DNA from: Alphaproteobacteria bacterium
GTDB taxonomy: Bacteria; Pseudomonadota; Alphaproteobacteria; UBA6615
Reading direction: 5' to 3'
NCBI GenBank assembly: GCA_021774575.1
Contig: JAJFIX010000045.1
Location: 142,561 to 206,560, forward strand
Length of the DNA stretch: 64,000 nt
Part shown: piece after piece, positions 59,067-64,000 of the stretch
How the letters are laid out: every line of letters starts with the position of its first letter
Numbering within the stretch: position 1 is the stretch's first letter
Program-made: the position numbers and the translations under genes
Notes under the pieces: generated by a model
What the model was told of the DNA's origin: nothing
Seen by the model: the letters and a program-made list of their open reading frames with translations, nothing else
The model's database searches: none

Positions 59067-59987
59067 ATGATTTATTACGGCACCAATCCCATCGCCTGGT
59101 CGAATGACGACGACCGGACCCTGGGGGGTGATATCAGCCTCGAGACATGCCTGGATCAAGCCGGTGAAATTGGTTTCGACGGTATCGAGATGGGCCATAA
59201 GCTACCCACGCAAGTCAGAGATCTACAGGCTGTACTGAACCCGCGCGGCCTCAAATTGGTTTCGGGCTGGCATTCCCTGATGTTGCTGGAGCGCGATGTC
59301 GAAGCCGAAAAAATGGCAATACAGCCGCACCTAGATCTGTTGAAGGCGATGGGCTGTGCCGTCTGCATCGTCTGCGATACCTCCCATGGAATTCATGGCG
59401 ACATCGATCGACCGCTGTCAGAGCGACCAGTACTGGAGCAGGGTAAGTGGCAAAAATTTGGGACCGATGTCGAAGCCATCGCGCAGTTCTGCGCCACCCA
59501 GGATATCGAACTCGTTTACCATCATCACATGGGAACGATCGTGCAAACCGGCGAGGAGGTTGACGCATTGATCAATGCGACGGGCCCGGCGACCAAGTTA
59601 TTATTCGATACGGGCCATGCCTATTTCGCCGGGATAGACCCGCTCGCCTTTGCCAAAACCCACATGGCGCGCATACGCCACATCCATACTAAAAATATTC
59701 GTCACGACATCATGGAATTGGCCCTTGCCGAAGGATTGAGCTTCATTGATGCAGTCCGGCAAGGCGTTTTCACGGTTCCCGGCGACCCGGAAGGCGCAAT
59801 AGATTTCGAGCCCATTTTGCAGGTCGCCGCGCAAAATGGCTACCAAGGTTGGCTTGTTGTGGAAGCAGAGCAGGATCCTGAAATCCGTGATCCCCTCACT
59901 TATCAATCAATGGGCCACGCGGCATTGCGCCAAATCGCCCAAAATGTCGGACTGGATAAAAGGTCCGAGAAAGTGGCCGCGTCATGA
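59067..59987 (+). CDS. iolE: Inosose dehydratase
   Basis: 306 aa, xylose-isomerase-like TIM barrel, N-terminus [12 protein letters not shown]. Confidence 0.85.
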   Translation: MIYYGTNPIAWSNDDDRTLGGDISLETCLDQAGEIGFDGIEMGHKLPTQVRDLQAVLNPRGLKLVSGWHSLMLLERDVEAEKMAIQPHLDLLKAMGCAVCIVCDTSHGIHGDIDRPLSERPVLEQGKWQKFGTDVEAIAQFCATQDIELVYHHHMGTIVQTGEEVDALINATGPATKLLFDTGHAYFAGIDPLAFAKTHMARIRHIHTKNIRHDIMELALAEGLSFIDAVRQGVFTVPGDPEGAIDFEPILQVAAQNGYQGWLVVEAEQDPEIRDPLTYQSMGHAALRQIAQNVGLDKRSEKVAAS

Positions 59988-60811
59988 GCGATCTATTGGT
60001 CAAACCCACTTTATTAGTCAAACCCAATGGGGTTTCAGGCAAAGTGCACGACATTACGCCCGAAAGCGCCAACTGGCGCTATGTCGGGTTTGGGCTATAT
60101 AGGCTTGCCGAGAATGAAGAGGCGAGCGAGCAAACCGAGGACCGGGAAACCGTCCTGGTCATTGTCGAGGGCAAGGCCAAAATTGAGGTCGATGGCACAA
60201 ATTTCGGGGTTCTGGGCGACCGTGCCAATGTCTTTGAAGGCAAAAAGCCGTGGTGCGTCTATGTCCCGAATGGTTCGAGTTGGCGCGCCAGCGCCACGAC
60301 CAACTGCACCCTGGCGATTTGCACGGCCCCAGGGGTGGGCGGTCACCAACCACGGGTCATCGGACCCGACGATATCGTCCAGGAAACCCGCGGCAAGGGA
60401 GCCAATACCCGCCACATCAACTCGATTGCTATGGAGCATCAAGACTTTGCCGATAGTTTGCTAGTCACGGAAGTTTTCACCCCCCAAGGAAATTGGTCGT
60501 CCTACCCGCCACATCGCCACGACGAAGATGATTTCCCCAATGTGACCTATCTAGAAGAAACTTATTATCACCGGCTGAACCCGGAACAGGGATTTGGGTT
60601 CCAGCGGGTCTTTACCGAGGATGGCGAACTCGATGAAACCATGTCCGTCGGCAATGGAGACGTTGTTTTGGTGCCCAAAGGCCATCACCCCGCCGGGGCA
60701 CCCTATGGCTATGACATGTACTATCTAAATGTGATGGCCGGTCCAATCCGCAAATGGCGTTTTCAAAACCACCCAGCGCATAATTGGATCGCGGAAAAAG
60801 ATAAAGCCTGA
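59984..60811 (+). CDS. iolB: 5-deoxy-glucuronate isomerase
   Basis: 275 aa, IolB/KduI cupin family, in operon position after iolE. Confidence 0.8.
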   Translation: MSDLLVKPTLLVKPNGVSGKVHDITPESANWRYVGFGLYRLAENEEASEQTEDRETVLVIVEGKAKIEVDGTNFGVLGDRANVFEGKKPWCVYVPNGSSWRASATTNCTLAICTAPGVGGHQPRVIGPDDIVQETRGKGANTRHINSIAMEHQDFADSLLVTEVFTPQGNWSSYPPHRHDEDDFPNVTYLEETYYHRLNPEQGFGFQRVFTEDGELDETMSVGNGDVVLVPKGHHPAGAPYGYDMYYLNVMAGPIRKWRFQNHPAHNWIAEKDKA

Positions 60812-60818
60812 GCTTGCG

Positions 60819-60852
60819 CCAAAATGATTCACATCCCAAAATGATTCACATC
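60819..60852. repeat. Perfect 17-bp tandem duplication (ccaaaatgattcacatc) x2 in the hemN promoter
   Basis: Read directly: 60819-60835 and 60836-60852 are identical. Confidence 0.9.
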
Positions 60853-60854
60853 AA
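60841..60854. promoter_or_regulatory. FNR/FixK-type anaerobox ATGATTCACATCAA (13/14 match to TTGAT-N4-ATCAA) upstream of hemN
   Basis: Formed by the second repeat copy plus the following AA. The centre is about 42 bp upstream of the hemN ATG. The first copy is a degenerate version (TGATTCACATCC). Confidence 0.5.
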
Positions 60855-60889
60855 TGAGTTGCGCATCCGGCGCGATAGGATGACCGACC

Positions 60890-62239
60890 ATGAGCAATAG
60901 ACTTTTACAGATGCAGGAAAAGCGGGTTCCCCGCTATACCAGCTATCCAACGGCGCCACATTTTCATACCGGCATAACCCCGGCCATATATGAGAACTGG
61001 CTGCAAAGCATTGATGCCGAAGACCATACGTCGCTCTATATCCACATACCTTATTGCCATGAGATGTGCTGGTATTGCGGGTGCCATACCAAAATCTCTA
61101 AACGCTATCAGCCCATCCAAAACTACGTGCAAACTTTACGGGCGGAAATCGCCCTGATCGCCAAATCGCTGAAGACAAAACCACTGCTCACCCACCTTCA
61201 TTGGGGCGGTGGTACGCCAACAATTTTGTCTGCCACCGATTTCACCAATATCATGGAAGATTTGCGGGCTGTTTTCACCTTCACCCAAGACGCTGAAATT
61301 GCCGTCGAGATCGACCCCCGAACCTTAACGGCGGAAATGATCGGAGCCTTGAGCAAAACTGGTGTAACAAGGGCGAGTTTGGGCGTTCAAGATTGCAACC
61401 ACCATGTTCAGGTTGCGATAAACCGTATTCAACCGTTTGAGCAAACAGCAGATGTTGTGACGTCGTTACGGGCGGCGGGAATTGGGAAAATAAATTTCGA
61501 CCTCATATACGGCCTCCCCAGCCAGACGGTTGAAGACGTTGGCAGAACGGTTGAACTGGCAACCAGCCTGGCACCGGACCGGTTGGCGGTTTTCGGGTAT
61601 GCCCATGTGCCCTGGATGAAGACCCATCAAAAATTGATCGACGAAGCCACCCTGCCAAGCGGGGAAGATCGGTTGCGACAAGCGACAGCGATTGCCGACG
61701 AATTGACTTCGCGCGGATACTGCCAAATCGGACTGGATCATTTTGCCCGGGAAGACGATACGCTCTCCAATGCCTTAAACACCGACAATCTAAGACGAAA
61801 CTTTCAAGGCTACACGACCGACCAAGCCGCATATCTTATCGGTATCGGCGCCTCGGCAATTGGTTCAATGCAACAGGGATATGTGCAAAACAATCCCGAT
61901 ATCGGGACCTACACCGATAGTGTGATGGACGGCAAATTGCCGGTGGTTCGTGGCATTGAGCTGGCCGGAGAGGACCGGTTGCGTCGCCAAATCATCGAGA
62001 CATTGATGTGTGACTTGGCTGTCGATCTCAAAGCTCTTTCTATCGAGTTCGGCATCGACGAAGGACATTTTTCCACTGAGTTAGCCGCGCTCGCGGAATA
62101 CATCGACGGCGGTTTGGTTGAGGTCAAGAATGGCGTGATCGAAATTACCGAAACCGGCCGACCCTGGATGCGACTGGTCTGCGCCGTGTTTGATCAATAT
62201 CTCGAAACCGGTCAGGCGCGTCATTCCGCAGCCGTCTAA
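60890..62239 (+). CDS. hemN: Oxygen-independent coproporphyrinogen III oxidase (radical SAM)
   Basis: 449 aa; CHEMCWYCGC radical-SAM cluster motif; HemN family length and architecture. Confidence 0.9.
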   Translation: MSNRLLQMQEKRVPRYTSYPTAPHFHTGITPAIYENWLQSIDAEDHTSLYIHIPYCHEMCWYCGCHTKISKRYQPIQNYVQTLRAEIALIAKSLKTKPLLTHLHWGGGTPTILSATDFTNIMEDLRAVFTFTQDAEIAVEIDPRTLTAEMIGALSKTGVTRASLGVQDCNHHVQVAINRIQPFEQTADVVTSLRAAGIGKINFDLIYGLPSQTVEDVGRTVELATSLAPDRLAVFGYAHVPWMKTHQKLIDEATLPSGEDRLRQATAIADELTSRGYCQIGLDHFAREDDTLSNALNTDNLRRNFQGYTTDQAAYLIGIGASAIGSMQQGYVQNNPDIGTYTDSVMDGKLPVVRGIELAGEDRLRRQIIETLMCDLAVDLKALSIEFGIDEGHFSTELAALAEYIDGGLVEVKNGVIEITETGRPWMRLVCAVFDQYLETGQARHSAAV

Positions 62240-62255
62240 AAAAAACTAACCCGTA

Positions 62256-63620
62256 TCAAGACCCCAATATTAACAACACATATGCTATCGCGAGTACCAA
62301 TTGCATGGCGGCAAACGGGACCGCCACCTTAACAAAGGCACCAAATGATAATGGCAATTTCGCCTTGTGGATGATCGCCACGGCAACCAAGGTCGAAGCA
62401 GACCCGATGGGCGTAATATTGCCGCCGAGATTGGCGCCGAAAATCACCGACCACCAATAAGGTGAACTGGCAGGCAAATCCATGCCGGCAAGAATTTTGG
62501 CCAGCACGGCAGCAAGGGGAATATTGTCGGTGACCGAACTAATCGTCGCCGATGCAAACAACAAGACCGCCGGTCCGACTTTATCGCCCATGGCGAGAAC
62601 CGGTGCGAGCCCAACGCCAATAGCCGTTAGCACTGCGGCAAGTTCCATCATATTTATGATGATAAAAAGGCCGATAAAAAAGCCGAGTAAATCCCAGTCG
62701 ACCGCCTCGTAAAAACGATCTGCCGTCGCTTTGTAGCGCAACAACATGACCACCGCGAAGGAAATGGCGATATAGCCGAGCCCCAGTTCGCGAACATATG
62801 GCAGGAAGGACGCGCTCGCCATCGCGATGATGAAAGCAAAGAGCATGGTCACACCGAACCAGAAAAACCCCGGCGATGAGATGCCGTCATTTTCATCAAA
62901 CCCAGCAACCAGTTCCGCCGCCTCGGTTTTTTCCGCGTCATTTGCCAAGGGGCGAATTTTAAACAGGCGAGCACCCAGCCAAATTGTCGCCGCCGTCGCC
63001 ACCACCACATAGGGGCTCGCATTGATAAAAAAGGTAGCAAACGAAATACCCGCAGCATTCCCAATGATGATATTGGGCACCGAGGAAATCAGCGTCAGTA
63101 GGCCACCGACATTGGTCAACAATGCTTCAACCAGTAGGAACCCTAGCAATTGGTTGGACCGTTTGAGCTTGGTCACCGAAACCATGGTCAGGGTCCCGAT
63201 GATAATCATCGCCGTCACGTTATTTAATACAGCCGAAAACACCACGGTCATCAGCCCATAAAAGATCAGCAAACGCACCGGATCGCCGCGAGACATTTTC
63301 GTCAGCTTGATGGCAATCCAGGTAAACAGACCGGTTTTCGACATCACATCGACAAACACCGCCGACCCCAGAATGATCGCCACCACTTCCCAATCGACAC
63401 CGGGCACATAAACCGGAAATCGCACCGGGTGGCCGAGTATTTCCACTGTCTCGGGATGGGCAAGGCCAAATACCGACGCGAGCAGTAAAACGATGACCCC
63501 ATAAAAACCGACAATAACTGACTTTTTGGCATGCAATTTCTCTTCGAGCGCCAAAGACAAAATGAGCGCCGCCAGTAAAATGGCGAAAATAATCGTGACG
63601 GGGACGGGTACATGGTGCAT
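62256..63620 (-). CDS. ArsB/NhaD-superfamily (SLC13/CitMHS-like) anion permease
   Basis: 454 aa with 12 or more TM segments and a duplicated permease architecture. Confidence 0.6.
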   Translation of the reverse strand: MHHVPVPVTIIFAILLAALILSLALEEKLHAKKSVIVGFYGVIVLLLASVFGLAHPETVEILGHPVRFPVYVPGVDWEVVAIILGSAVFVDVMSKTGLFTWIAIKLTKMSRGDPVRLLIFYGLMTVVFSAVLNNVTAMIIIGTLTMVSVTKLKRSNQLLGFLLVEALLTNVGGLLTLISSVPNIIIGNAAGISFATFFINASPYVVVATAATIWLGARLFKIRPLANDAEKTEAAELVAGFDENDGISSPGFFWFGVTMLFAFIIAMASASFLPYVRELGLGYIAISFAVVMLLRYKATADRFYEAVDWDLLGFFIGLFIIINMMELAAVLTAIGVGLAPVLAMGDKVGPAVLLFASATISSVTDNIPLAAVLAKILAGMDLPASSPYWWSVIFGANLGGNITPIGSASTLVAVAIIHKAKLPLSFGAFVKVAVPFAAMQLVLAIAYVLLILGS

Positions 63621-63622
63621 GG

Positions 63623-64000
63623 CTAAAGCATCAATAGGGGAATTTGCCGCATTTCGACGGCCAAAGGATAGGCTGTTCCATGCATTGCGAGCTGCTCATC
63701 GTCTTTTGTATGCAGGATCAGGAGGTCAATCTCATGGGCTTCAATCAGATGCCGGTATTCATCGATTCGGCGCCCCATGGTTACGATGGCTTCGACTTTG
63801 ATCGCGTGCCCCTCGGCTTCTAGTGCCGTGCGGGCGCGGGCGATAAAATCTCGCGGCTCTTTTAAAAGCTGCTCGCCAATTGCCTCCCGAGCAGTTTGGG
63901 TATCGATCTCGGGAATGCGCGAAATTACATCCATATAGCGCTCGTATATTTGGCCGCTTTCGACATGACTTAACCAGCAAGTCCCGCCGTCAGCGGTAAA
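63623..64000 (-). CDS. Universal stress protein (UspA)-family protein, 5'-truncated by the window edge
   Basis: The C-terminal ...IDLLILHTKDDEQLAMHGTAYPLAVEMRQIPLLML resembles the Usp C-terminal ATP-binding/dimerisation region. The open frame continues to position 64000 without a stop. Confidence 0.45.
   Translation of the reverse strand, partial: FTADGGTCWLSHVESGQIYERYMDVISRIPEIDTQTAREAIGEQLLKEPRDFIARARTALEAEGHAIKVEAIVTMGRRIDEYRHLIEAHEIDLLILHTKDDEQLAMHGTAYPLAVEMRQIPLLML

Noticed and set aside
1-64000. Mobile elements, CRISPR arrays, tRNA or rRNA genes
   Set aside because: I saw no transposase, integrase or recombinase motifs, no regularly spaced repeat arrays, and no tRNA-like cloverleaf candidates in the intergenic regions. 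The signalling island is therefore not demonstrably a mobile insertion.

Overview
This 64-kb window looks like a chromosomal segment of an alphaproteobacterium. The hybrid kinase H-boxes, the CtrA-family regulators and the contiguous glk-zwf-pgl-edd-eda genes all point that way. GC is about 55-58%, with a few sharply AT-rich intergenic islands. I found no rRNA, tRNA, CRISPR, transposase or integrase.

The layout, in order:
- 1-3.6 kb: two tandem cytochrome c peroxidases (a di-heme CcpA-like and a tri-heme YhjA-like), followed by ubiX.
- 3.8-20.5 kb: a very dense two-component signalling island with 12 receiver (REC) domains and four histidine kinases. It includes a cytoplasmic PAS kinase with a bacteriophytochrome-type H-box, a REC-HisKA-HATPase hybrid with an uncharacterised 180-aa C-terminus, and two recently duplicated membrane hybrid kinases. 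It also holds two non-canonical CtrA-family regulators flanking a secreted S8 protease across a 300-bp region of about 15% GC, an orphan OmpR-family regulator, and a DUF4402-like secreted protein.
- 20.8-60.8 kb: a carbohydrate-catabolism super-locus.
  - LacI-regulated sugar ABC transporter, 2-hydroxyacid dehydrogenase and aldo-keto reductase.
  - PfkB kinase, SDR and a xylFGH-like ABC transporter, with RpiR.
  - FG-GAP/ASPIC (CRTAC1-like) protein, xylA-xylB, a DUF4432 protein and a Gfo/Idh/MocA gene.
  - A divergent putative oxidative pentose module: Gfo/Idh/MocA dehydrogenase, amidohydrolase-2 lactonase and an IlvD/EDD sugar-acid dehydratase, plus a translationally coupled small secreted Cys protein.
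  - A complete Entner-Doudoroff operon, a DMT transporter, and a LacI-regulated inositol operon (iolG, Gfo, iolC fusion, iolD, iolE, iolB).
- 60.8-64 kb: hemN preceded by a perfect 17-bp tandem duplication that creates an FNR/FixK-type box, an ArsB/NhaD-family permease, and a truncated Usp-like gene.

The most unusual content is the REC-rich signalling island. Within it, the CtrA-paralog / protease / AT-island module stands out.
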